NCBI GenBank assembly: GCA_019057385.1
Contig: JAHQJS010000008.1
Location: 1 to 64,000 of the forward strand
Reading direction: 5' to 3'
Source: Candidatus Borrarchaeum weybense
Lineage (GTDB): Archaea; Asgardarchaeota; Sifarchaeia; Borrarchaeales; Borrarchaeaceae
Length of the DNA: 64,000 nucleotides
Below, one piece after another: positions 50,738 through 61,195 of the stretch. The position numbers and the translations under genes were made by a program. Every line of letters begins with the position of its first letter. Within the stretch, counting starts at the first letter, position 1. The notes under the pieces are model-generated. The model was not told the DNA's origin, ran no database searches, and saw nothing but the letters and a program-made list of their open reading frames with translations.

Positions 50738-50914
50738 TTGAAATCTATTGAATGCCCTCAGTGTGGTGCCTTGATAGACGTCCCCGAAGACGTAGTAATG
50801 GGTGAAATCCTTGACTGCCCCGATTGCGGGACTGAGCTAGAAGTAACAAAAGTCAGTGAAGGAGAAATAGAAATTTCTTCTGCTGAAATTGAAGGAGAAG
50901 ACTGGGGTGAATGA
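50738..50914 (+). CDS. lysW: Amino-group carrier protein LysW/ArgW, copy 2 (not in ORF track)
   Basis: MKSIECPQCGALIDVPEDVVMGEILDCPDCGTELEVTKVSEGEIEISSAEIEGEDWGE; TTG start. Confidence 0.95.
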   Translation: MKSIECPQCGALIDVPEDVVMGEILDCPDCGTELEVTKVSEGEIEISSAEIEGEDWGE

Positions 50915-51011
50915 TTAAAATATTTTTAACTTCAAATTTATTATTTTAAAAAACTAAATTGATCAAAATGAAATTATGTTCATACATTTGTGATAAGAGA
51001 AACTGAGCGAT

Positions 51012-51896
51012 GTGGATAACGAAATGAAAACCATTGGACTTCTTTTTGATAGGCTTAGATGGTACGAAAAATCGATAATCCAAGCGGCAGCAAAAAAAGG
51101 TATTGAAGTTGCAAAGATTGACGCAAAAGATCTCTCCATTGATATTACCCGTTCTGATAACGATTTTGGCGAAAACGATGTAATCCTGCAAAGATGTATC
51201 AGTTATTATCGTGGTCTATATCTCACAGCGGTTTTAGAAAACGAAGGCACACAGGTAATAAATCCTTTTCAGGTATCTCAAACCTGTGGTAACAAACTTC
51301 TGACTACAATGGCTCTGAAAAAGGCGAATGTGCCTACACCACGAACTATAATAGCATTTACACCAGAATCAGCACTCAAAGCGATTAAGGAAATTGGTTA
51401 TCCCGCCATAGTCAAGCCAATTGTAGGAAGTTGGGGCCATTTTATTGCACCTGTCAATGAAGATAACGTAGCAAAAGCTATTATCGAACATAGAGAATCG
51501 ATGTCACCTCCTCTTGGCAAAATCTATTATATCCAAGAGGAAGTTAAGAGGCTACCTACAGAGTTGCGGAAGCGCGATATTCGTAGTTTTGTAATCGGAG
51601 ATGACGTGGTTGCGGCTATTTATAGAGTCGCTAAAGAAGGTGAATTCATAACAAACACCTCACGCGGAGGCAAAGCTTTACCATGTGAAGTGGACAGCGA
51701 AATCGAAGAAATAAGCCTGAAAGCAGCTGAAGCTGTTGGAGGCGGGGTTCTAGGAGTCGACTTAATGGAAAGCCCTGATGGATATGTTTGTCATGAAGTG
51801 AACCACGTCATGGAATTTCGCAACACTGTTGAAGTAACAGGCATCCCAGTTCACGAAATAATAGTGGATTACCTTATTGAACAAGCTAAGAAATAA
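51012..51896 (+). CDS. lysX: LysW-amino acid ligase (ATP-grasp)
   Basis: LQRCIS, CGNK, KPIVGSWG, RDIR, ITNT, EVNH.MEF. Confidence 0.95.
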   Translation: MDNEMKTIGLLFDRLRWYEKSIIQAAAKKGIEVAKIDAKDLSIDITRSDNDFGENDVILQRCISYYRGLYLTAVLENEGTQVINPFQVSQTCGNKLLTTMALKKANVPTPRTIIAFTPESALKAIKEIGYPAIVKPIVGSWGHFIAPVNEDNVAKAIIEHRESMSPPLGKIYYIQEEVKRLPTELRKRDIRSFVIGDDVVAAIYRVAKEGEFITNTSRGGKALPCEVDSEIEEISLKAAEAVGGGVLGVDLMESPDGYVCHEVNHVMEFRNTVEVTGIPVHEIIVDYLIEQAKK

Positions 51897-51971
51897 CTAC
51901 TTAAATATTTCAAAACTCTTGTTTTGTCACGATTTTCAAGAGTTTATGATAAACGCAGGTGAGAAAAAGCT

Positions 51972-53039
51972 ATGATAAACGCAGGCATAATTGGTGCAAG
52001 TGGGTATACTGGCGGTGAATTGTTAAGACTACTTGTAATGCATCCAGAAGTAGAAATTTCATACGTTACGTCTGAAAGATACGTGGGTGAATATGTCCAT
52101 CGTCTTCATCCGAATTTAAAAGGCTTACTTCAAATGAAATTTTCGTCTCGTAAAACAGTAGATTTATGCAATTGTGACGTGATTTTCACGGCAACTCCAC
52201 ATGGCGCATCCATGAGTTATGTACCAGATCTAATAACGGAGTGTGACATAAAAATTATTGACTTGTCAGCAGATTTTCGACTCAAGAATCCAGAGAAATA
52301 TGATGAATATTACAGCCGTACGCACCCAAATCCTCAGTTATTGAGTGAAGCTGTTTACGGGATCGCAGAACTTCATCGTGAAGAGATAAAAAAAGCAAGG
52401 ATTGTTGCATGCCCTGGCTGTCTGGCAGCTAGCGCAATTATTTCTTTATTCCCTATTTTCAAAGAACTTGCCGACCAAATAGATTTAAAGCGGATTATTG
52501 TTGATAGCAAAATTGGTAGTTCTGCAGCGGGAGCAACACCTTCAACCGCAACTCACCATCCGCATAGAGCGGGCATTGTTCGACCATATAAACCCACTGG
52601 TCACCGACATACAGCAGAAATAGAACAGGAACTTCAAGAAGCTTCTGGCAAACCTGTAGAAGTCTTTATGACGCCACATGCGGTTGACATCATTAGAGGT
52701 ATTTTGAGCACCTCTCACGTTTTTCTTGATGGCGGAACTGAGGTAAGTGAAAATGCGATTTGGAGAATTTATAGAAATTTCTATAGAGATGAGCCTTTTA
52801 TTAGATTTATCAGAGACAAAAAAGGTCTTTATAGATATCCAAATCCTAAAAATGTTATAGGAACGAATTACGCAGACATTGGATTCGATATAGAATCAAA
52901 AGGCGTTAAACGTATTGTTGTATTTTCAGCAATTGATAATCTCGTTAAAGGTGCTGCAGGAGCTGCTGTTCAGAGTTTGAATCTTATGTTTGGGATGGAA
53001 GAAACAACTGCTCTCACCTTTCCGGGATTACATCCTTAA
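51972..53039 (+). CDS. lysY: LysW-aminoadipyl/glutamyl-phosphate reductase (ArgC family)
   Basis: GASGYTG, ATPHG, DLSADFR, PGC, HRH..E, DNLVKGAAG. Confidence 0.95.
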   Translation: MINAGIIGASGYTGGELLRLLVMHPEVEISYVTSERYVGEYVHRLHPNLKGLLQMKFSSRKTVDLCNCDVIFTATPHGASMSYVPDLITECDIKIIDLSADFRLKNPEKYDEYYSRTHPNPQLLSEAVYGIAELHREEIKKARIVACPGCLAASAIISLFPIFKELADQIDLKRIIVDSKIGSSAAGATPSTATHHPHRAGIVRPYKPTGHRHTAEIEQELQEASGKPVEVFMTPHAVDIIRGILSTSHVFLDGGTEVSENAIWRIYRNFYRDEPFIRFIRDKKGLYRYPNPKNVIGTNYADIGFDIESKGVKRIVVFSAIDNLVKGAAGAAVQSLNLMFGMEETTALTFPGLHP

Positions 53040-53057
53040 TTAGTTGGAAGTGATGAT

Positions 53058-53861
53058 ATGCGCATCGTAGTTAAAGTAGGAGGTACTCTTATCGCAGAAC
53101 CAGATATCTTTACAAATATCGCACAAGACTTCCAAGAAATAACAACTACAAATCAATATGTTTTGGTTCATGGAGGCGCTAAAATAGTGAATAAAGTCGC
53201 CGAAAAGATGGGCAAAGAACAAAGATTTGTTACGTCAGCGAGCGGCTTTAGAAGTAGATATACTGATCGCGAGACCATGGAAATTTTTGAGATGGTTATG
53301 GCTGGTAAAATAAACAAAGAACTCGTTGTTTCACTACAGAACAACGGTATAAATGCAATCGGCCTGTCTGGAGTTGATGGAGGCTTAATTCGTGCACAAA
53401 GAAAAGGTAGAATAAAGATTATCGACGAAAACGGACGAAAGCGGATGATTAGCGGCGATTATACTGGAAAGATTAATGAAGTCGATGGGAACTTGCTTAC
53501 CCTCCTTCTTGAAAATGGTTATTTACCTGTAGTTGCCCCTATCGCGCTCTCTCATGAATATGAACCATTAAATTGTGATGGTGATAGAACTGCTGCTTAT
53601 ATTGCTAGCGCCGTTTCAGCTGATAAACTTATCCTTTTGACTGATGTCTCAGGTCTTTTAGTTAACGATAATGTAGTTCCTGTATTGACTGCTGCAGAGG
53701 CAAAAAATGAAATCGATAAGATCGGTGCTGGCATGAAGAAAAAGGTCTTTGGAGCATTAGAAGCCCTTGAAGGAAATGTTAAAGAAGTTATAATTGCATC
53801 TGGTCTTGTAGATGCTCCAATAAGTCAGGCTTTAGAACATAAAGGTACGGTGATATCATGA
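53058..53861 (+). CDS. lysZ: LysW-aminoadipate/glutamate kinase (ArgB family)
   Basis: VKVGG, VHGG, SG..SRYTD, NCDGD, GMKKK. Confidence 0.95.
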   Translation: MRIVVKVGGTLIAEPDIFTNIAQDFQEITTTNQYVLVHGGAKIVNKVAEKMGKEQRFVTSASGFRSRYTDRETMEIFEMVMAGKINKELVVSLQNNGINAIGLSGVDGGLIRAQRKGRIKIIDENGRKRMISGDYTGKINEVDGNLLTLLLENGYLPVVAPIALSHEYEPLNCDGDRTAAYIASAVSADKLILLTDVSGLLVNDNVVPVLTAAEAKNEIDKIGAGMKKKVFGALEALEGNVKEVIIASGLVDAPISQALEHKGTVIS

Positions 53862-55057
53862 ACTCACAAGAGATAATGCAACTTGAAGATGAATACCTCT
53901 CAAATGTGTATCCGAAGCGAAATGTGGCTATAGTGAAAGGACAGGGCGCTTTACTATGGGATGCTGATGGAAAGGAATACATAGATTGTATTGGCGGTCA
54001 TGGTTCCTGTAATATCGGTCATTGCCATCCTCGTGTCATAAAAGCTATAGAAGAACAATTACCAAAACTCATGATTTGCCCTAGCATCTTATATAGCGAT
54101 ATTCGGGCTGTTTTCGGAGAAAAAATTGCAAAACTCACTCCAAGCGGTTTAAGCAAAAGTTTTTTGAGCAATAGTGGTGCTGAAGCGGTAGAATGCGCTA
54201 TAAAACTTGCACGGAAATATACCAAAAAAACTGATATCCTTGCGATGAAAAAGGGCTTTCACGGTCGTCTAGGCTTTTGTCTATCAGCGACATGGAAACC
54301 AAAATATAGAAAACCCTTTGAACCGCTTAACCCAGGTTTCTCTCATGCAAAATTTGGAGATATTCAATCGATAAAAGATGCAATAACCGAAAAAACAGCC
54401 GCCGTACTCGTTGAATCGATACAGGGTGAAGGAGGGATAAATCCCGCACCAGAAGGATTTCTTCAAGAGTTGCGAGAACTATGTAATGCAAAAGATATTC
54501 TGTTTATTCTTGATGAAATCCAAACAGGATTTGGACGAACTGGTAAAATGTTTGCTTGCGAACACTGGGACGTCGTTCCTGACATAATGTGTCTCGCTAA
54601 ATCAGTTGCTGGCGGTGTTCCTATGGGAGTGACTTTGGCAAAAGAAAACATTATGAATGCGTTCGATCCTGGCGAACACGGAACAACCTTTGGCGGAAAT
54701 CCGATAGCATGTGCTGCTGCAAATGCTTCACTTGATGTGTTGGTAGATGAGCGACTTCCTGAACGTGCTTCAGAAATAGGCGCATATTTCAAGAAAAAAC
54801 TCTCACAATTAAAAGAAAAATACAAGATCATACGTGATGTACGTGGCACGGGTCTGATGATTGGTGTTGAACTTCGATTTGACTGTAGAGATATACTTCT
54901 GGGTGCCTTGGAACGTGGTATTCTGATTCTCTCTGCCGGGCGGAACGTGCTCAGATTCCTACCCCCTCTAGTTATTAAAGAAGAGCATATTGACTACGTC
55001 ATAGATACTTTAAACGAGTTGTTTAGGGAGCAAGAAGCAAATTGGATGAAAAAATAG
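53858..55057 (+). CDS. lysJ: LysW-semialdehyde transaminase (ArgD family)
   Basis: NSGAEAVE, GFHGR, DEIQTG, LAKS, HGTTFGGNP. Confidence 0.93.
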   Translation: MNSQEIMQLEDEYLSNVYPKRNVAIVKGQGALLWDADGKEYIDCIGGHGSCNIGHCHPRVIKAIEEQLPKLMICPSILYSDIRAVFGEKIAKLTPSGLSKSFLSNSGAEAVECAIKLARKYTKKTDILAMKKGFHGRLGFCLSATWKPKYRKPFEPLNPGFSHAKFGDIQSIKDAITEKTAAVLVESIQGEGGINPAPEGFLQELRELCNAKDILFILDEIQTGFGRTGKMFACEHWDVVPDIMCLAKSVAGGVPMGVTLAKENIMNAFDPGEHGTTFGGNPIACAAANASLDVLVDERLPERASEIGAYFKKKLSQLKEKYKIIRDVRGTGLMIGVELRFDCRDILLGALERGILILSAGRNVLRFLPPLVIKEEHIDYVIDTLNELFREQEANWMKK

Positions 55058-56127
55058 AATTTTTGAAGCAAGTGCTTGAGATTTACAGCCCAAGCGGGGA
55101 TGAACAAAAGTTAGCGGAATTTCTATGTTCAAAAATGAAACAACTTGGCTTGAATTCATGGATTGATGAAGTAGGCAATGTTATTGGAGAAATCGGTAGT
55201 GGGCGTCCAATTCTTCTTTTTTTACCACATATAGATACAGTTCCAGGATATATTCCAGTCGAAGAAAGAAATGGAATAATCACAGGGCGTGGGGCGGTAG
55301 ATACTAAATCTTCTCTTGTTGCAATGATCATAGCTGCCTCAAGTTTTGTCGATAAGGAAATCCCTGGTAAAATTAAAATAATAGGGGTTGTCCAAGAAGA
55401 GACCGATTCAAAAGGCGCCAGATTTCTATTAGAAAAAGGCATTGACGCAGATTATATTGTCATTGGAGAACCCAGCGGATGCGGTGGAATTACTTATGCG
55501 TATAAGGGGAGGCTAGATTGCAAATTATCCCTTAGCACTGAAACTGGGCATACAGGTGCATGTTGGCAATATAAAAATGCGATAGAATCCGCCTTTGAAC
55601 TGTGGACTACAATCGTAGAGAGCATAGAACACTATGAAGAAGGAAGTTATTTCAACTCAGTCATTCCATGCCTTACGTTTATTCAAGGAGGAAGATACGA
55701 AAACATCGTTCCCAATGAATGCGAAATGAGGTTTGATGTCCGCTATCCACCAAAATATACTTCCAAAGAGTTGTTTAATGAGATTCAATCTTGTGTTGAA
55801 AGGTTTAAGGCTCAAAATCAAGTAAAAATTGAAATCAGCTTAATTTCAGCATCGGAAGCAATTGAGACTGATAAACGCTCAGATTTGATGAAAGCCTTTA
55901 AGAAAGCAATTAGAAAGGTTCTAAAGGGCCATCCTCGTTTGATTCGAAAGACTGGTAGTTCGGATATGAATGAAATTGGGGCACAAATACCAATTCCACT
56001 AGTTGCATACGGTCCTGGAGATTCTAAACTTGATCATTCACCAAATGAGCGTATTGAGATTCACGAATTTATTTCAAGTATTGAAGTTTTAAAAGAAGTT
56101 GTTTTAGATATTCTAAGTGCTTGTTAA
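55042..56127 (+). CDS. lysK: LysW-lysine/ornithine hydrolase (M20)
   Basis: HIDTVPG, GRGAVD, QEE, GEPS, KTGSSDMN, YGPGDS.LDH. Confidence 0.93.
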   Translation: MDEKIEFLKQVLEIYSPSGDEQKLAEFLCSKMKQLGLNSWIDEVGNVIGEIGSGRPILLFLPHIDTVPGYIPVEERNGIITGRGAVDTKSSLVAMIIAASSFVDKEIPGKIKIIGVVQEETDSKGARFLLEKGIDADYIVIGEPSGCGGITYAYKGRLDCKLSLSTETGHTGACWQYKNAIESAFELWTTIVESIEHYEEGSYFNSVIPCLTFIQGGRYENIVPNECEMRFDVRYPPKYTSKELFNEIQSCVERFKAQNQVKIEISLISASEAIETDKRSDLMKAFKKAIRKVLKGHPRLIRKTGSSDMNEIGAQIPIPLVAYGPGDSKLDHSPNERIEIHEFISSIEVLKEVVLDILSAC

Positions 56128-56142
56128 TGCGCATGCTATTAA

Positions 56143-57105
56143 TTATTCCTTTTTCTTCAAAGAATATGTATATGCAGCCGCCAGAGCTTCAATAATAATT
56201 GCAGTCGCGTTAGATGCAGTAATTCCTGCAGAATCATGAGGCGGGGCGACCTCAACTAGATCCATCGCAACCATACGTTGCCCGAGTATGGCTAACATCT
56301 TGAACAATTCCCAGGGAGTTAAGCCGCCAGGTTCATGTAATCCTGATCCAGGGGCAAAGGCAGGGTCGAGCACATCAATATCTATTGAGAGATAAAAAGA
56401 CTTTGTATTCTTTGTAGCAATCTCTACGCTTTTCTTAGCTATTTTTTCCAGACCTTCTTCGCGTATATCATATATACTAAACCTACTTATGCCTGCTTTA
56501 TCGACTTCTTCTTCGTGTTCAGGATGACTTGCATATCCTGAATACCCTATCACAACAATATTTGTTGGATCAATAAATGGCAATTCACTGGTTCTTCGAA
56601 GACTACAAGAGTGCGAATAACGTTGCCCTGGAGGGTATTCATTATCAAAATCAAGGTGGCTATCGACCCAAATAACCCCTATGTTTTCTTTGAGTATATC
56701 ATGAGCCTTTATTGCTGGATAAGTAATTGAGTGGTCGCCTCCAATAATAGCAGATGTTATATTCTTTTTAATCAACTGTTTAACAGTTTCATAAATTGCC
56801 ATGTGACTCTTTTCAACATTGCCTGGAATAACGGGCACATCACCAGCATCAATAATGGTCAAATCATTCAAATCGAATTTAGATCTAAGAGAATATCCCG
56901 AAAAACTAGTAGAAGCCTCTCTGATAGCACGTGGTGCTAGGCGGGCTCCCGGTCTATGAGTTGTTGTCTCATCTAGAGGGACGCCTACAATTGCAACGTC
57001 TACATTTCGTAGGCTTTCAATGTCTTTGATATTCACATGTGGAAACTTAAGAAAGGTTGGGATTCCTGCGTAAGGAGCTTCAAAATCCTCCAATACTCTC
57101 ACCAA
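56143..57105 (-). CDS. speB: Agmatinase / ureohydrolase family
   Basis: GGDHS, DSHLD, DIDVLDP..APG. Confidence 0.85.
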   Translation of the reverse strand: MVRVLEDFEAPYAGIPTFLKFPHVNIKDIESLRNVDVAIVGVPLDETTTHRPGARLAPRAIREASTSFSGYSLRSKFDLNDLTIIDAGDVPVIPGNVEKSHMAIYETVKQLIKKNITSAIIGGDHSITYPAIKAHDILKENIGVIWVDSHLDFDNEYPPGQRYSHSCSLRRTSELPFIDPTNIVVIGYSGYASHPEHEEEVDKAGISRFSIYDIREEGLEKIAKKSVEIATKNTKSFYLSIDIDVLDPAFAPGSGLHEPGGLTPWELFKMLAILGQRMVAMDLVEVAPPHDSAGITASNATAIIIEALAAAYTYSLKKKE

Positions 57106-57111
57106 AAAGAG

Positions 57112-57429
57112 TTAAGACTCGTGGGTTTCTACTTCCTCTATAATTACCTTTCCAGCTACAGTTTGATCAATGCTATGGATTACAGCTCCAGACTCCTCCA
57201 AGGATTTCGCAATTAACTCGTAATCCAACGAATTTCCTTCAATCGTGATTTTTACCGATTCGGTATTCTTGTCTACTTCGATTAAACTAATATTTACGCC
57301 AGCTACACCACTCAATCGACTCAATTCGACTGAAAGTTCGGGAAGAAGTGGCATATGTGGTTTTAAAACATCCAGAACTAATCGTTTTAAACCTCTTTCC
57401 TTCGTTGATTCTGACATTTTGACAGACAT
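57112..57429 (-). CDS. DUF211 family protein
   Basis: RLVLDVLKPH, GAVIHSID. Confidence 0.9.
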   Translation of the reverse strand: MSVKMSESTKERGLKRLVLDVLKPHMPLLPELSVELSRLSGVAGVNISLIEVDKNTESVKITIEGNSLDYELIAKSLEESGAVIHSIDQTVAGKVIIEEVETHES

Positions 57430-57463
57430 CCAGTTTAATTCAGTTCTTTTATTCTTATATGGT

Positions 57464-58150
57464 TTATATCTCTAACACTTTTTGAACTATTTCAGGAATC
57501 TCGTCTAGTGAATTAATTAAATAGTCATATTTTTCTTCTTTTAATAATTCCTTTTCATTTCGCGGTGTGAGAACTCCAACTGTGATTGCATTCATTAGAT
57601 TGCCTGCCTCAATATCAATAGTATGATCTCCAATTACAATGGATTCGTTTCCTTTAACTCCGAGTTTTCCGAGACAGTTGCGTAAATATTTCATTTTTAT
57701 GCTCTTTTCATAAAAATCACTCACGCTATTTCTTGTAACGACCGCATCAAAGATTTCCAAGAGGTTGTTTGCCTTTGTAAGTAATATTTCAACTATTTTT
57801 CTCTGATTGAGCGTAAAAATCCCTAACTTTAGATTCATCTCTTTTAGTGTTTTTAAGACTTCTGAAACGCCTGTGATTACTGCATTATTCTTTGCACCCT
57901 CTAACTCATAAAAATCAATGATTTCCTCTGTTTCACGCTCAAGGGTGTCTATATCTTTATTGTTCAATAATTCACGTGCCTTCTTCAATGTAACTCTTAT
58001 AGGATCTTTAACATCAAATATATCCTCAGAGATGCCCGTCTCTGCAATTTTATTGATAATTCCTCTCCTTAAAGCTATGTAATCCATCTTAAATGGAACA
58101 AGAGTTCCGTCAAAGTCAAAAACAGCCGCTTTAATGCGCAAAATTCTCAC
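57464..58150 (-). CDS. HAD-superfamily hydrolase
   Basis: FDFDGTL, IGD...D. Confidence 0.9.
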   Translation of the reverse strand: MRILRIKAAVFDFDGTLVPFKMDYIALRRGIINKIAETGISEDIFDVKDPIRVTLKKARELLNNKDIDTLERETEEIIDFYELEGAKNNAVITGVSEVLKTLKEMNLKLGIFTLNQRKIVEILLTKANNLLEIFDAVVTRNSVSDFYEKSIKMKYLRNCLGKLGVKGNESIVIGDHTIDIEAGNLMNAITVGVLTPRNEKELLKEEKYDYLINSLDEIPEIVQKVLEI

Positions 58151-58314
58151 ACTGAGTTTTTTTAATTGAAGTTATCATTTTATATTGCATTTTCTTAAAA
58201 GCTTTAAATAATTTGACTTGTCAGATATCTAACTTCAAAGAATTATGTATGTGGTATGTCAGTATATTTGACAAATTAAATACGATTTAAGTTATTTAAG
58301 GAGGCTAATTAAAA

Positions 58315-58698
58315 ATGGGGTTAATTAAAGAAAAGGCTAAGAAACAAAAAAATATTGCAGATAAAGAAATGGAAATCGCGAAAAAACGAAAGAATATTGC
58401 AAATAAATTAGAAAACATAGGAAAGGAAGAAGATAAAGTTCTAGATTTAGAAAAGGATGTCGCTAATCTTAAGAGAGATCTTGAAAATAAAAATGCTGAC
58501 GTTCATAAGGCTAAAAATGAGAAAGACAAGGCAAACAAAGAAAAGAAAGCAGCAGAAGCTAAAGAAAAACTAGCGAAGAAAGAAAAAGAAGTGGCACAAA
58601 TAAAAGAACAATTTGAAAAAAGAAAGTTAGAAGTTACGGACCTTGAGAAAAAAATCAATGAATTAGAGCGTAAGATTATAGAGATCAAAGGGCAGTAA
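58315..58698 (+). CDS. Lys/Glu-rich coiled-coil protein
   Basis: Continuous heptad pattern; GGAGG RBS. Confidence 0.7.
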   Translation: MGLIKEKAKKQKNIADKEMEIAKKRKNIANKLENIGKEEDKVLDLEKDVANLKRDLENKNADVHKAKNEKDKANKEKKAAEAKEKLAKKEKEVAQIKEQFEKRKLEVTDLEKKINELERKIIEIKGQ

Positions 58699-58808
58699 TC
58701 AATACTAATACTTTCTTGGTCATTTTTCTTCCTTTTTCAAAGGATTATCTAACGAGAAATTAGTTAATCTATTATTTCTTTCATATTTTCCTCTATTTTG
58801 GTGAAAAA

Positions 58809-59144
58809 ATGTCTTTGGATGAGTTTCTAACAAAAAAAAAGAAGGGTTCTAAAGAGCCTCCCTTAAAGGATGAACCCCTCGAACCCCTCCCTGATCCAAT
58901 TACAGAAAGTGAACCATTTAACACTAGTACGTCTGAAGATTTATGGTCTATCTTGGTAGAGGCAGTCAAAGGTGACGTTGTTTTGTTCCCTAATTTGAAG
59001 GCTTATGTTCAAGGTCAAATCCTGCCACGTGAACCCGATATTTCTCCTAAGGAATTAGCATCACGATTGAATATTTCAATTGGTACTGCAATGGTTTTGC
59101 TTTCTGAAATAAAGTCTAATTCTATATCCAACGATCAAAGATAA
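58809..59144 (+). CDS. Hypothetical protein with C-terminal HTH
   Basis: ISPKELASRLNISIGTA HTH-like segment; GGTGA RBS. Confidence 0.7.
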   Translation: MSLDEFLTKKKKGSKEPPLKDEPLEPLPDPITESEPFNTSTSEDLWSILVEAVKGDVVLFPNLKAYVQGQILPREPDISPKELASRLNISIGTAMVLLSEIKSNSISNDQR

Positions 59145-59260
59145 TTTAAAGCTTTAAGATGCTTTGTTTTTTCCTAAAACACCTTGAGATAACTTATTAA
59201 CAAGAAAATAGATCTCTCTATTTTTCGTGCATTTTTATTAGTTTAATATATCCAAATTTC

Positions 59261-59593
59261 GTGGTGCTTAAATTGCCTATCAAGCATCAAATTATGATAC
59301 TGATGGACACTCAGAGCAAAGTCAATGAAAGAAAAGAAGATATACAAACAAAAATCGCACTTCTTGAAGCATGGATAAAAGCAGAAGAACAAATCGTCGA
59401 GAAATTGGTAGAAATTGCTCATTTCATCCTGGGAGAACTTGATGGGATTTATAGTCAGAAAGAGATTTTACCCTTTAATGTAAACAATCGAGAACTTCTT
59501 TTTGAACTTATCGGCAAATATATGAGTATGTGTGCTAATATGTCAGAAAAACTGACGGCAATTCAAATCGGAAATACTATTTTGGACACCTGA
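59261..59593 (+). CDS. Hypothetical helical protein
   Basis: 110-aa ORF filling the intergenic gap. Confidence 0.55.
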   Translation: MVLKLPIKHQIMILMDTQSKVNERKEDIQTKIALLEAWIKAEEQIVEKLVEIAHFILGELDGIYSQKEILPFNVNNRELLFELIGKYMSMCANMSEKLTAIQIGNTILDT

Positions 59594-59716
59594 TTTATTT
59601 TGTACTGTTCAATCTTTTCCTTTGTTAACTTAGTTATAATTGCCTCTTTTTTCAAAATTAAATAATAGAACTTGGAATAACTATCTTCTCAAAAATAAAA
59701 AGAGTATTAGATGTGA

Positions 59717-60391
59717 ATGAAAATAGGTGTAATAGGCGGTACAGGAAGTCATGGTGGAGGATTAGCTCTTAGGTGGGCTATTGCAGGAGAAAATGTTGCA
59801 ATCGGTTCTCGTTCATTAGATAAAGCGATAAAAGCAGTCAATAAGTATCAAGATATTGTGAAAGTTAGTAGTGGCAAAGCAATAAAACTAGAAGGGCGCG
59901 AAAATCCTGATGCTGCAAAGGATTGTGATGTTGTAGTTCTTTCTGTTCCTTATACTAGCCAAGTTCAAATGCTCCATGAAATTCAACCTTTTATGAATCC
60001 AGAAACCATTCTCATAGATGTGTCAGTTCCTCTTGAATGGAAAAATGGTCAACCTACACCAGTAGCAATCCCTGAAGGATCATGTGCAGAACGCGCTGCT
60101 AGTGTCTTAAAAGATAGTGATATCATTGTGATAGGCGCTTTTAAGACAATTGGTGCATATAGTCTCCGCGACGTTCTTATTGATTTAAAGGGTGATGTTT
60201 TTCTTTGCGGTGAAGACGAAGATGCCAAAGAAACAGTTGCGCAATTGGTAAAAAAAATCAAAAAATTGAGACCCCTAGATGCTGGACCCTTAAGCAGTTC
60301 AAGAGCATCTGAGTTGATGGTTCCGCTGCTTATTAATTTGAACAAACGCTACAAATCTAAGCAAGCTTACATAAAAGTACTTAATATTTAG
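59717..60391 (+). CDS. npdG: NADPH-dependent F420 reductase
   Basis: IGGTG..G.GLA.RWA, IGSR, VPL, DAGPL. Confidence 0.92.
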   Translation: MKIGVIGGTGSHGGGLALRWAIAGENVAIGSRSLDKAIKAVNKYQDIVKVSSGKAIKLEGRENPDAAKDCDVVVLSVPYTSQVQMLHEIQPFMNPETILIDVSVPLEWKNGQPTPVAIPEGSCAERAASVLKDSDIIVIGAFKTIGAYSLRDVLIDLKGDVFLCGEDEDAKETVAQLVKKIKKLRPLDAGPLSSSRASELMVPLLINLNKRYKSKQAYIKVLNI

Positions 60392-60401
60392 GATCAATTA
60401 A

Positions 60402-61121
60402 TTATAAGGTTCCTCGTAAAGTGTTTACGATTTCCATTATCTCCTTAGCTTCATCTTCTGAGGTAATTCCAACAGCTACAGCATCAATATTTTGTTGGAA
60501 AAGGAATTCTAATGCATCTTGAGGCGCAATCTCGCCTGCGGCTAATGGTTTCATCGCGATAATTTTTGTATTTGAGCTATTTTCGTTTATGACTTTTAAT
60601 AAGTCTTTGAGATCATTAACAAACTTACCCATTGCGTTTAAAGGTGTCATAAGATATTCAAGATCCAAACCACTTTGAAGCAATTTTGGCAGCGTTTCGT
60701 TTGGGCTATGTGTTGCTGCGCCTGGGATTGCAAATTCTCGTACTTGTTTAACAAATTTTACTAAGGTTTCATAATCATTTGACATGAGAGCTTTATCAGT
60801 GATTGCTCCATGAGCGAGTACAACTTCCGCTTTCATGTCTGCAAGATTCCACAGACTTTCTTGTATTTCTCTCGGTGGCACACTTGCAATTATAGGAATA
60901 TGTTGTCCCGTATTCTCTCGTGCGACATAAAGGGCATCTAATATCCTAGGATATGCCACAGCTTGGATCCCATCAAATTTTAGCTCAATGGCCGTCATAA
61001 ACATCTTTATCATGTTTTCAGGCTTGTTCCAAAACGTTTCATAGTAAACTCTTGAGCGGCTTCCGAACTGTCCTGCTCCCATAAAAGGGCTTGTACCCAT
61101 GTAAACCTCTATTTTTTTCAA
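60402..61121 (-). CDS. Aldo/keto-reductase-like TIM-barrel protein
   Basis: GTSPF.GAGQF, ATH, IAMKPLAAG. Confidence 0.75.
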   Translation of the reverse strand: MKKIEVYMGTSPFMGAGQFGSRSRVYYETFWNKPENMIKMFMTAIELKFDGIQAVAYPRILDALYVARENTGQHIPIIASVPPREIQESLWNLADMKAEVVLAHGAITDKALMSNDYETLVKFVKQVREFAIPGAATHSPNETLPKLLQSGLDLEYLMTPLNAMGKFVNDLKDLLKVINENSSNTKIIAMKPLAAGEIAPQDALEFLFQQNIDAVAVGITSEDEAKEIMEIVNTLRGTL

Positions 61122-61195
61122 AAAAGCTCCTCCTCATAGAAAATTAAATTGAAGAAAAATCTTTCGGGTTCTAGTGCATAGAGCATTTTGATATC

